A stretch of 64,000 nucleotides of DNA from Opitutaceae bacterium (lineage in GTDB: Bacteria; Verrucomicrobiota; Verrucomicrobiia; Opitutales; Opitutaceae): positions 10,604 to 74,603 of the forward strand of contig JACFMR010000019.1 in the NCBI GenBank assembly GCA_019455245.1. Direction: 5' to 3'. Positions within the stretch are counted from its first letter, which is position 1, and each line of letters starts with the position of its first letter. Made by a program: the position numbers and the translations under genes. Of this stretch, positions 40,030 to 48,963 are shown one piece after another. Under the pieces are notes generated by a model. The model was given only the letters and a program-made list of their open reading frames with translations, searched no databases and had not been told where the DNA came from.

Positions 40030-41268
40030 TCAGTGCGCGGTCGCCAGCCGCGCACCCTTGGGCTGACCGATCGCGGCGAGCAGATCGCCAAACCACGGCG
40101 TGGCGATGTCGAACGGCTTGCCGCCCTTGATCCGCGGAAACTCGATCGCGCGCAGCACACCGCCCCGGTCCTCATCGTGCCCGATCACGCCGCTCTCACG
40201 CCGCAACGCGCACTCCACGGCGAGATCGGTGCAGCTTTTGATCAGACGCAGATCATCGGGATTGGCCGCAGCGGCGCGCGCAAAGTAGCCGCTTTTCTGC
40301 ACCAGCGTTTTCTCGGCACCAAGCATCGCGGCGAATTGTTGGCCGAACCATTTGCCGGGATTCACCGCGTCGAGCTTCACGTGCCCGAACGCATCGCGCG
40401 GCACCTCCTGGCCCTTTGCCTGCATCTCCGCGACGATCGACTCCACCCCGGCACCCTCGGAGATGAAAATGTTCACGTTGTCATGTTCCTCCATGACTGC
40501 CTTGAGCCGCGCGGCCTCGGCGGCGAGATCAACCGCCATTTCCGGGATGAACACGCCATGCACCTCCAGGTTGGCGCGCGCCAGCCCGAGACCGGGCACA
40601 AACTCCTCGTGGTCGAGCAACCGCCGGTAGGCGGCCGCCGTCGCGGCGGTCAGCCAGCCGCAGTTGCGGCCCATCACCTCGTGAATGATGAGCATGCGCG
40701 GGTTCGCGTTGTGCTCGGCCACGACATTGCGGAAATACCGCGCGCCCTGCTCCGCCGCGGTCCAGGCCCCGAGCGACTGGCGGATGGGATACACGTCGTT
40801 GTCGATTGTCTTGGGCAGGCCGATGACCGTGAGCCCGTAGTCATGTTTGGCCAGATAAGCCGCGAGATCGGCCGCGGCGGTGTTGGTGTCATCGCCCCCG
40901 ATCGTGTGCAAAACATCCACGCCATCCTTCACCAGCTGGTCGGCCGCCACCTGTTGCGGATCCTGCCCCCCGCGCACCAGGCCGCGCTTGAGGCAGTCCT
41001 TCACGTTGGTGAGCTTGACCCGAGAGTTTCCGATCGGTGATCCGCCGTGCCGGTGCAGCACGGCCGCGCTCGTGCGCTCGGCCGGACCGATCTTGTAGCT
41101 GTCGCCCAGCAACAGGCCCTTGTAGCCGCTACGGTAGGCGATCAACTCGATGTCGGGCGCAATCTCCGTGTAGCGCTCGATCAGGCCGCCGACGGCGGAA
41201 CTGAGACAAGGGGCGAGGCCGCCGGCGGTGAGCAGTGCGACCTTACGGGGACGGTTGGTGATGTTCAT
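40030..41268 (-). CDS. pfp: pyrophosphate-dependent 6-phosphofructokinase
   Basis: PFK family (ALLTAGGLAPCLSS). GGDD instead of GGDG, and PKTIDND instead of PGTIDND; these are the residues known to discriminate PPi- from ATP-dependent enzymes. Confidence 0.85.
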   Translation of the reverse strand: MNITNRPRKVALLTAGGLAPCLSSAVGGLIERYTEIAPDIELIAYRSGYKGLLLGDSYKIGPAERTSAAVLHRHGGSPIGNSRVKLTNVKDCLKRGLVRGGQDPQQVAADQLVKDGVDVLHTIGGDDTNTAAADLAAYLAKHDYGLTVIGLPKTIDNDVYPIRQSLGAWTAAEQGARYFRNVVAEHNANPRMLIIHEVMGRNCGWLTAATAAAYRRLLDHEEFVPGLGLARANLEVHGVFIPEMAVDLAAEAARLKAVMEEHDNVNIFISEGAGVESIVAEMQAKGQEVPRDAFGHVKLDAVNPGKWFGQQFAAMLGAEKTLVQKSGYFARAAAANPDDLRLIKSCTDLAVECALRRESGVIGHDEDRGGVLRAIEFPRIKGGKPFDIATPWFGDLLAAIGQPKGARLATAH

Positions 41269-41441
41269 GGTCGAAAAATGACGGATTCAGTCACTTCGCA
41301 TCCTCCCGCAATCTCTCCCCTCGGTCCAGTCACGACCCTGCGCAACCCTTGCCAAAGCTTGCGCGCCCCTTGCCAGATCCCAACCCGCCTAAATCCCCTT
41401 ACTCACAAGCCCGACGCCATTTACAAAAATAGCCCCAATCC

Positions 41442-41464
41442 AGTGTCACGTAATACGTGACACT
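41442..41464. repeat. 23-nt perfect palindrome AGTGTCACGTA-A-TACGTGACACT (copy 1)
   Basis: Perfect 11+1+11 palindrome between the polB 3' end and the pfp start (174 nt upstream of the pfp ATG). Confidence 0.8.
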
Positions 41465-41585
41465 TCGGTTTGCGCAGGATGCCATTGGCGCGGTGCGGTG
41501 GGGTGGCAGTGGAGCCCGCTGGTGTTGCGCACCGAATTCGTTGCGCAAGTGATTCGGTGCAGCGGGTGTGGTGCGGCGGGGCCGG

Positions 41586-43763
41586 TCAGAGCAATTCGCC
41601 TTGTTCGCCACCGAGGGGTTTCAAGCCGAGGAAGATGCCGTAGCGCTCCTGCCAATCGTCGAGCTTGTCGAGGTAGTATTTGGGGTCGTACGGCGCCGCC
41701 ACCGGATCGAAAGCCGCCACCGGCCGCGCGCGCTGCCAGTCGCTGGTCTGCCCCTTCGCGCGCGGCAGGATGTAGTAGCTGACCCGCTCCCCCATCCGCG
41801 GCCGCGGATTCATTTGCAACGCCACCTCCGCCGAAGCGCGCCGGGGTTTGCCGCCGCCGGCGATCAGCCGCTCGTAGGCGTCGGGGTTTTGGCTGAGGAT
41901 CTCGCTTTTCGCGAGTTCGGTCACCGGCAACGAGCGCTCGCCAATGCGCCGGCGGAAATCCGCCAACAGGTCGATCGGCGATTCGCTCGTGGCCCCGACG
42001 AGGAAATGGATCAGCCGGTCGTTGAGCTGGCGCAGGTAGGGTTCGATGCCGCGCGAACGCAGCGCGCTGCCCCGCAGGGTGATTTTGCGTCCGTCGTAGA
42101 GCGCGTAGTTTTTCGCCTTGTAGCAAAACATCGCCCGGTAGCTGCCATCAAATTCCAGCTCGATGCCCGCGGGCAAAATCCCGGCCATCTTTTGCAACAG
42201 CACCTCGGGTTGTTCGAAATACTCCGGCGACGACAGGTAGATGCCGTCGGTGTCGGCCTCGAGCACGGTGCAACCCAGCCGGTCGAATTCATCAATCAGC
42301 TTCTGCAACAGTTCGCGCCCGAGCCGCGTGACCTCGGCGGCGAGCTCGCCGTCGCCAAAACGTGCGCCGCCAAAACCGAGGTAGCCATAGAACGAGTTGA
42401 TGAGGATTTTGAACGTGGCCTGGCGCGCGTTGTATTCGAAGCGCAGTTCCTCGGTCTCCGCCGTGCGCGCCAGCTGCTTGTATTTCAGCCGGTATTCGCG
42501 CAGCTGCCGCAGCAACGGGATGAACACGCCCAGCGAATCGTTGCGCGGGTTGCGGTTGAGATGCAGCAGCAGGCTGGGATACAGCGAGGCCACGTCGAAA
42601 TGCAGCACATGGCGGAACACGCCCTCGCGGAAACTGCGCGTGTAACCGCCCTCGAAGGCCGCGATCTCCGGCGGCTGCGGACAGGCCTGCCGCGCGTGAT
42701 AATATTCCTCCAAAAACAGCAGGTCCACCTTGGTCGAGGTGCCCCGCAGCGCCGCTTCCTGCAGGGTCAGCGGAAACGCGCGCGCCTGCTCGAAATACGT
42801 GGGCAGCAGCAGGTCGCCCAGTCCGGCGGTCTCACGCAGGTCGTCCTCAAGGTAAGCCGCGAAGCGGGCCCGTTCCTCCCGGTAACACTCCGCAATCCGG
42901 TCGCCCGCGATGTAGGTGCGCTCCTCGCCTTCCTCCGTCGTAATGCCAAAATACACCGCGACATCCTTGAGGCCGAACGAGGTGAGTTCGCGCGTGGTGA
43001 TGTCGTAGATCTGCACCAGCAGGTAGGTGTCAATCACGGCGCGGCCCGGCAGATCGCAGCGGGGAAAATCCACCCAACGCTCCGCCACCTTCATCCGGCT
43101 GTTGCGGAAGGTCGCGTTCTGCCCAAACCGTCCCCACGCGCAGGACACCTTGTGCCGCCGGCAACGCTGGCGCAGAAAATCGAGGTCAAACTTGAAGATA
43201 TTGTGCCCCTCGATCGTGTCGGGATCGAATTCGGCCAGCGCCGCGTTGAGATCGAGCAGCAGTTGCTTCTCCGCCGCATCGGTTTCCTCGGGCAGGACGA
43301 GCAGCCGGTTTTGCCCCGCGCAGCGCAGGCCGATGGCGAGCACGCGGTCGCCGGGCCGTTTTGCATCCGGAAAGCCGCCGTCTTCCGACGCGGTCTCGAT
43401 GTCGAGCTGGCAGCGCCGCAACTGCGCAAAGATCATGTCGGCATACAACCGTTCCCGCCGTTGCAGGAGGAACTGCGCTTCCGGCGGTCGCAGCACATCC
43501 ACCCCGCCGCCATCGCGGGCGATGCGCAGAAACGCGTCGAACGTCGCCTGCCGGTCGGCGTGGACCAACAGGCCGAACGGGCCGGGGCCCTGCAACGGCT
43601 CGATCGCAATGCCGCTGATATCCTCGACGACGGGCCGGTCCTGCAACCAGGCAAAGGGACGGAAGTCCGCGACCTCCTCGCGCCGCGTGCCGTCGGGTTG
43701 CTCGCGGGCGAGATGCGCGCGGCCCTCGGGATCAATCCAGACGCCGCACAGGGAACCGGCCAT
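41586..43763 (-). CDS. polB: family B DNA polymerase (Pol II-like) with 3'-5' exonuclease domain
   Basis: Exo I LDIETAS, Exo II HNIFKFDLDFL, Exo III YLEDDLRET. Pol A FDVASLYPSLLL, Pol B KILINSFYGYLG, Pol C LEADTDGIY. C-terminal QGELL resembles a clamp-binding tail. Confidence 0.9.
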   Translation of the reverse strand: MAGSLCGVWIDPEGRAHLAREQPDGTRREEVADFRPFAWLQDRPVVEDISGIAIEPLQGPGPFGLLVHADRQATFDAFLRIARDGGGVDVLRPPEAQFLLQRRERLYADMIFAQLRRCQLDIETASEDGGFPDAKRPGDRVLAIGLRCAGQNRLLVLPEETDAAEKQLLLDLNAALAEFDPDTIEGHNIFKFDLDFLRQRCRRHKVSCAWGRFGQNATFRNSRMKVAERWVDFPRCDLPGRAVIDTYLLVQIYDITTRELTSFGLKDVAVYFGITTEEGEERTYIAGDRIAECYREERARFAAYLEDDLRETAGLGDLLLPTYFEQARAFPLTLQEAALRGTSTKVDLLFLEEYYHARQACPQPPEIAAFEGGYTRSFREGVFRHVLHFDVASLYPSLLLHLNRNPRNDSLGVFIPLLRQLREYRLKYKQLARTAETEELRFEYNARQATFKILINSFYGYLGFGGARFGDGELAAEVTRLGRELLQKLIDEFDRLGCTVLEADTDGIYLSSPEYFEQPEVLLQKMAGILPAGIELEFDGSYRAMFCYKAKNYALYDGRKITLRGSALRSRGIEPYLRQLNDRLIHFLVGATSESPIDLLADFRRRIGERSLPVTELAKSEILSQNPDAYERLIAGGGKPRRASAEVALQMNPRPRMGERVSYYILPRAKGQTSDWQRARPVAAFDPVAAPYDPKYYLDKLDDWQERYGIFLGLKPLGGEQGELL

Positions 43764-43775
43764 GACGACGCCGGC

Positions 43776-44123
43776 TCAGAACGGCCGCACGTAAACCATC
43801 ACCAAGGCCACGAGGCCGAGCACCACCGAAAGCTGGATCCACAGGCCGGCTTTGGCGCGACGGCGGTAGGCGATGCCGGTGAAGGCCGAGAGGGCGAGCC
43901 AGCACACGAGTTTCACGATGGCCCAGCCGCCCGCGAATTCATACAGCGCCTGCCACATGCGGATGCCCGTGAGCAGCACGAGCAGGCTGGCGATGCCGCC
44001 CCACATGAGGGTCTTCTTCCGCGTTTCCGGCGCACCCGCACAGGCGTAGAAGGTGGCGGCAATCATGCCGATCGAGGCGAGCACGTGGATGATGTGGAGC
44101 GAATTGTATTCGTGGATGTTCAT
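43776..44123 (-). CDS. small integral membrane protein (4 TM segments), possibly SirB-like
   Basis: 115 aa from ATG 44123, four hydrophobic helices. Stops 12 nt before the polB start. Family assignment is tentative. Confidence 0.6.
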   Translation of the reverse strand: MNIHEYNSLHIIHVLASIGMIAATFYACAGAPETRKKTLMWGGIASLLVLLTGIRMWQALYEFAGGWAIVKLVCWLALSAFTGIAYRRRAKAGLWIQLSVVLGLVALVMVYVRPF

Positions 44124-44360
44124 GGTTGGGGAAAAAATGGCACCCCGCCTGTGCCGTGTGCCCAAAGGCTCATGTCCTTTTTATATCAAGGTGGGCGCCG
44201 CCCCGTGTCATCTGCCTTCCGGTTTACGGCCTGGCATCTTCCACGGAGGTTGTTGGCTCCCGTAAGGTTTCAAAGGCAAAGAGCTGTTTAATGAAAGCAC
44301 CTCGAACACTGCAGGGTGTAAGGCCAAGGTACGCCGCTCGCCCGCGGCGTCAAATGCATA

Positions 44361-44822
44361 TCACCCTTGTCGCGCGCCGGGGTCCAGATGCTGGATGACG
44401 AGTTCCTGCAAAGTGGCCAGAAACAGGTAGCACATGAAGGCTTTGCGGCGCGGTTCGGGCAACGTGCTGATCTCCACCCGTCCCGTCTCCATGGCGTCGT
44501 CGTCCAGATCCTGCAGATGCACGGATCGCAGCCGCAGGCGCACCGCCGCGCTGGCCCGCAGCACCGGCTCGGCATTCTCCTCGTCGAGCCCGATCACGCC
44601 CTCGTGAAAAAACTCCCCGTCAAACAGTCCCAGCAGCGTGCGCAGGTCGATGTCCTGCGACTGCAGCAGGTCCTGCAACCAGGCCGACCGCATCTCCTCG
44701 TCGAGCTCGGGCAGCTCCGGCGGTTGCGCCAGCGTGGCCCGCAGTTCCCCGGCCGTCTCCCGGATGAGGTCCAGCAGCGGGGCCACGACCTCCAGGCTCA
44801 GCCTGATGTCAATGTGCTTCAT
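44361..44822 (-). CDS. acidic hypothetical protein downstream of clpS (DUF2017-like by context)
   Basis: 153 aa, Asp/Glu/Leu-rich. Overlaps the clpS 3' end by 14 nt. Family name inferred only from size and clpS linkage. Confidence 0.6.
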   Translation of the reverse strand: MKHIDIRLSLEVVAPLLDLIRETAGELRATLAQPPELPELDEEMRSAWLQDLLQSQDIDLRTLLGLFDGEFFHEGVIGLDEENAEPVLRASAAVRLRLRSVHLQDLDDDAMETGRVEISTLPEPRRKAFMCYLFLATLQELVIQHLDPGARQG

Positions 44823-45114
44823 CCCGTTCGATGATCGCGGACAGATGCCATTGTTGCAGGGTCTGCGCGTAGGCCTCGGCTTTTTCGCGCACCCCGGTCC
44901 AGACGACCGAGCGGCCCTGCTCGTGCACCTCGAGCATGTGTTTGCGTGCGGTGGGCTCGTCGAAGCCGAAAACCCGGCGAAAAACCATCACGACATAGGA
45001 CATCAGGTTCACCGGGTCATTCAGCACCACCACCCGCCAGACGCCCTCCAGCTGGAGGGTCGTGACGGGCTGTTCCGCCGGCAAGGTCTGCGTCTTCGTC
45101 CCGGCCACGATCAT
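44809..45114 (-). CDS. clpS: ATP-dependent Clp protease adaptor ClpS
   Basis: WRVVVLNDPVNLMSYVVMVFRRVFGFDEPTARKHMLEVHEQGRSVV is the canonical ClpS core. ATG 45114 overlaps the proS stop (ATGA). Confidence 0.9.
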   Translation of the reverse strand: MIVAGTKTQTLPAEQPVTTLQLEGVWRVVVLNDPVNLMSYVVMVFRRVFGFDEPTARKHMLEVHEQGRSVVWTGVREKAEAYAQTLQQWHLSAIIERDEAH

Positions 45115-46877
45115 GCCTTCGCCGCGGCATTGTGCACGGCCGTGGTGATTTCCGCGGCGGCGCCGTCGAGCGCGACTTTCCGCGCCTCCTTTTCGGTGCG
45201 CCACTTCATCTCCACGACGCCTTCCTTCAAGCCGCGTCCGCCCACGGTCAGGCGCAGCGGGATGCCGATCAGGTCGGCATCCTTGAACTTCACCCCCGGT
45301 CGCTCGGCCCGGTCGTCGACCAGCACATCGGCGCCCGCGGCTTCGGCGGCGGCGGCGAGATCGCGCGCGACCTTGGCCGCGGTTTCGTCCTGCGGATCCA
45401 GCAGGGTCACCAGCACATGGAAAGGCGCGGCGTGCCACGGCCAGATGATCCCGTCGTTGTCGTGACTCTGCTCGATTACGGCCTGCAACGTGCGGCTGAT
45501 GCCGATGCCGTAGCAGCCCATCACCATGGGATGCGACTGTTTCTGGTCGTCGGTGTAAACTGCGTTGAACTTATCGGAAAACTTGGTGCCGAGCACGAAC
45601 ACGTGCCCGACCTCAATGCCGCGGCGGCTCTGCAGCGGCTGCCCGGACTTCGGGCAGGGTTCGCCCGCCCGCACCCGGCGGAAGTCGTCGAATCGCGTGA
45701 TGGCGAGGTCGCGGGTCACATTGACGTTGCGCAGGTGGAAGCCGTCGCGGTTGGCGCCGGTTGTGCCGTTGCCGATCAGGCGGATGGCGTGGTCGGCAAA
45801 GATGCCGGCGAGCGCCGCCTCGTTCTTGATCGTGCTTTTGACCGCACCAAGACTGCCGGGCTTGGCCCCGAGCAACGGAACGATTTCCTCGGGGGTGGCG
45901 GGACGCACCAGCGTAAAGCCCAGCCGGCCGAGTTTGGCCTCCTCAAGTTCGTCGCATCCGCGCAGGATCACCAAGAAGGGCTTGCTGTCGCCGATGTAGA
46001 CGAGGGTCTTGAACTGCCGGTCGGCCGGTACGCTGTATGGCGCGACTTCAAGCGCGGCGATGGTCACCACGCCGGGCGTGGCGAATTCCTCCACCGGCCC
46101 GGTCGGGGCGGCATCGGCGAGATCCGCCGGCACGATCGCGCTCGTCGCCTTCTCCCGATTGGCCGCATAGCCGCTTGACTCACAATAAAAGATATCGTCG
46201 TCCCCCACTTCTGCAGGGATCATGAACTCTTCGGAAAAACTGCCACCCATCACGCCAGTGTCAGCTTCCACAGAAATAGCCAGCACGCCCAGCCGACGGA
46301 AAAACGACTGATAGGCCTCCTTCATGGCGAAGTAGCTTTTCGCCGCATTGTCGTTCGACGTATCGAACGAATAGGCATCCATCATCACGAACTCCCGCGC
46401 GCGCATCAGGCCGTAACGGGGCCGGATCTCGTTCCGGAACTTCGTGGCGATCTGGTAAAAATTCTTCGGCAGATCGCGATAACTGGTGATCTCGGATTTC
46501 ACGAGGTTGGTGACGATCTCTTCATGGGTCGGCCCGAGCACATACTCCGGCTCACGTGGGCCGCGCTTGCCATCTCCTGCTCCGTCGACCCGGAACATAA
46601 CCTCTCGAATGGCCGCCCAACGGGGACCGTTCTGCCAGTTTTCTGCCGGATGCAGGTGCGGCATCCAAAGCTCGATCGCGCCCGCGCGGTCCATTTCCTC
46701 GCGGCAAATCTGCGTGAGTTTCTGCATCACGCGCTGCCCCAGCGGCAGGTAGGTGTAAAGCCCGCCGCCGAGCTTGCGCACCAGACCGGCGCGCACCAGC
46801 AGCTTGTGCGAGGCGATCTCGGCGTCGGCGGGGCTTTCCTTCAGCGTGGGGATAAAATACTGCGACCAGAATTTCAT
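45111..46877 (-). CDS. proS: proline--tRNA ligase (bacterial type with editing insertion)
   Basis: MKFWSQYFIPTLKESPADAEIASHKLLVRAGLVRKL, class II motifs (REFVMMDAYSF, GCYGIGISR), 588 aa from ATG 46877. Confidence 0.95.
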   Translation of the reverse strand: MKFWSQYFIPTLKESPADAEIASHKLLVRAGLVRKLGGGLYTYLPLGQRVMQKLTQICREEMDRAGAIELWMPHLHPAENWQNGPRWAAIREVMFRVDGAGDGKRGPREPEYVLGPTHEEIVTNLVKSEITSYRDLPKNFYQIATKFRNEIRPRYGLMRAREFVMMDAYSFDTSNDNAAKSYFAMKEAYQSFFRRLGVLAISVEADTGVMGGSFSEEFMIPAEVGDDDIFYCESSGYAANREKATSAIVPADLADAAPTGPVEEFATPGVVTIAALEVAPYSVPADRQFKTLVYIGDSKPFLVILRGCDELEEAKLGRLGFTLVRPATPEEIVPLLGAKPGSLGAVKSTIKNEAALAGIFADHAIRLIGNGTTGANRDGFHLRNVNVTRDLAITRFDDFRRVRAGEPCPKSGQPLQSRRGIEVGHVFVLGTKFSDKFNAVYTDDQKQSHPMVMGCYGIGISRTLQAVIEQSHDNDGIIWPWHAAPFHVLVTLLDPQDETAAKVARDLAAAAEAAGADVLVDDRAERPGVKFKDADLIGIPLRLTVGGRGLKEGVVEMKWRTEKEARKVALDGAAAEITTAVHNAAAKA

Positions 46878-46959
46878 GGAGTCCGGTAACGAAACCGCGC
46901 GGGCGCGCCGGAGCAAATGTATTTGCGCGCTCCCGCCCCCGGCAAATAGTCGGCCTGCC

Positions 46960-47577
46960 ATGCCTGAAGTCCCCGGACAGCCCAAGGAACCCTGGTCGAT
47001 GACGTGGATCGCCGTCGCGATCGTCGTCTTTATCATCGGCTACACGGTGATCACGCTGCAGTTTCGCAAGCCCAACCCGTCCTACCAACCGTATCACGAC
47101 CTGAAATCACGCGGCGAAACCCACAACCTGCTCACCGCCGGGTTCCGGCGCATCGCCGTCCCCGCCGCCCAGCCCGCCGAACCGGGCGCCGTCGGGGCGC
47201 ATGCGGAGATTCAGCCCCGGCCCGGCGGTCTTCCTGCCACGCTCAAGGAGCTGCTCTTCGATCCGCCCAACCTGCCCGCCGGCTACCGCGAGGTCCGCGC
47301 CCCCGCCACCGTGGCGGCGCTCATGCCATGCCTCATCCAATTTGACTGCGTGCAGGGCGATCCGCACCGGCAGCCGGGCGGCGCCGCGGTCTACGTGAAG
47401 GACGACACCGTGCTCATCGTCCCGGAATACGATCCGCTCAACGGCGACCTCCGCACTCGCCGCGATCCGGCACTCGTACAACTCACCCTCCCCGCCGGCA
47501 CGCTCGCGCCCGGCAACTATGACGTGACCCTGATCGGCGCCGAGGCCTCGGCGGCGTGGACCCTGCAAGTGCATTGA
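46960..47577 (+). CDS. hypothetical membrane-anchored protein
   Basis: One N-terminal TM (WIAVAIVVFIIGYTVITL) then a Pro/Ala-rich soluble part. GC3-rich codon usage. Start is either 46960 or 46999. Confidence 0.55.
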   Translation: MPEVPGQPKEPWSMTWIAVAIVVFIIGYTVITLQFRKPNPSYQPYHDLKSRGETHNLLTAGFRRIAVPAAQPAEPGAVGAHAEIQPRPGGLPATLKELLFDPPNLPAGYREVRAPATVAALMPCLIQFDCVQGDPHRQPGGAAVYVKDDTVLIVPEYDPLNGDLRTRRDPALVQLTLPAGTLAPGNYDVTLIGAEASAAWTLQVH

Positions 47578-47615
47578 CGCGCCGCCTTCCTTCCGCGAGA
47601 ACGGCCCGCATTGCC

Positions 47616-48959
47616 ATGAGCACCGGCACCAGCCAAAACCCTGCCGCGGCCGCCACCCCGGCCCTCGCGACCACCATCAAGCCCACGGACCTCCGCGGGA
47701 TCCTGAAATACGTGCCGCGATTTCAGGGCCAGATCTTTGTCATCGCGATCGACGGCTCGATCGTGGCGGACGAGAATTTCAACAACATCCTCGTCGACAT
47801 CGCCGTGCTCCGCAGCCTCGGCATCAAGGTCGTGCTCGTGCATGGCATCGGCCGGCAAATCAAGGAACTCTCCGAGCTGCGCGGCGTGCCCATCACCGAC
47901 GTTTACGGCTCCGGCGTGACCGACGCCGCCACGCTCGACCTCGCCGTGCGCGCTTCCTCGCGGGTTTCGCACCTCGTGCTCGAGGGTCTCGCGCAGAACA
48001 ACCTCAGGGGCGTGATCACCAACTCCGTGCGCGCCCTGCCGGTCGGCATCATCAAGGGCGTGGACCACCAGTTCACCGGCCGGGTCGAGCGCATCGACAA
48101 GGATTTCCTCACCAGCCTGATCAACGACCAGGCGCTGCCCGTCATCTCGCCCCTCGCCTTCGGCCCCGAGGGCAAGTCGCTGCGCGTCAATTCCGACCTG
48201 CTCGCCGCCGAACTGGCCGAGGCGTTGCACGCCACCAAGATCATCTACCTCACCCCGCAGCCGGGCCTCCTCATCAACGGCGAACTCCGCCCGCAGATCG
48301 CCGTCGAGGTGCTGCGCAAGCAGCTTGAGACCGCGCCCGAACAGATCGCCGAGCTCTGCCGCACCAAGGCCGGCAACGCCATCCGCGCCATCGACAACGG
48401 CACGCCGCGCGTGCACATCGTCGACGGCCGCGTGTTCGACGCCCTGCTCAACGAGATTTTCTCCAACGAAGGCGTCGGCACCCTGATCTACGGCAACGAC
48501 TACCAGCAGATCCGCAAGGCCACCCGCCGCGACGTGCGCTTCATCCACAGCCTCACCCGCGCCGCCGTGAAGCGCGAGGAGCTGATCCAGCGCACCCAGC
48601 AGGCCATCGAGAAGAACATCGACCAGTATTACGTTTTCGAAATCGACGAGAACATCATCGCCTGCGTCACCCTCATCCAATACCCCGGCCGGCCCGAACT
48701 CGCGGAACTCGGCTCGCTCTACGTGCTGCCCTTCTACCACAACCGCGGCATTGGCAAAAAGATGGTCGATTACGCCGGCCTCGTCGCCAGGGAGCGCGGC
48801 GCCACGCGCATCATCGCGGTCTCCACGCAGAGCTTCGGTTTCTTCACCAACGTCTGCGGCTTCGAGGAGTCCGACAAATCCATTCTGCCCGAGGCCCGGC
48901 TCAAGCTCTATGAGGAAAGCGGCCGCAACGCCAAGGTCCTCAGCCGCGCCCTGACCTGA
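47616..48959 (+). CDS. argA: amino-acid N-acetyltransferase (ArgA-type: amino-acid-kinase domain + GNAT)
   Basis: AAK fold (FVIAIDGS..VVLVHG.G), then C-terminal GNAT (LGSLYVLPFYHNRGIGKKMV). Start at ATG 47616. Confidence 0.85.
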   Translation: MSTGTSQNPAAAATPALATTIKPTDLRGILKYVPRFQGQIFVIAIDGSIVADENFNNILVDIAVLRSLGIKVVLVHGIGRQIKELSELRGVPITDVYGSGVTDAATLDLAVRASSRVSHLVLEGLAQNNLRGVITNSVRALPVGIIKGVDHQFTGRVERIDKDFLTSLINDQALPVISPLAFGPEGKSLRVNSDLLAAELAEALHATKIIYLTPQPGLLINGELRPQIAVEVLRKQLETAPEQIAELCRTKAGNAIRAIDNGTPRVHIVDGRVFDALLNEIFSNEGVGTLIYGNDYQQIRKATRRDVRFIHSLTRAAVKREELIQRTQQAIEKNIDQYYVFEIDENIIACVTLIQYPGRPELAELGSLYVLPFYHNRGIGKKMVDYAGLVARERGATRIIAVSTQSFGFFTNVCGFEESDKSILPEARLKLYEESGRNAKVLSRALT

Positions 48960-48963
48960 CGCC

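Noticed and set aside
41568-44291. 907-aa plus-strand ORF spanning the polB region
   Set aside because: It is Arg/Ala/Gly/His-rich and motif-free, while the minus strand encodes a complete family-B polymerase and a membrane protein. Shadow ORF.
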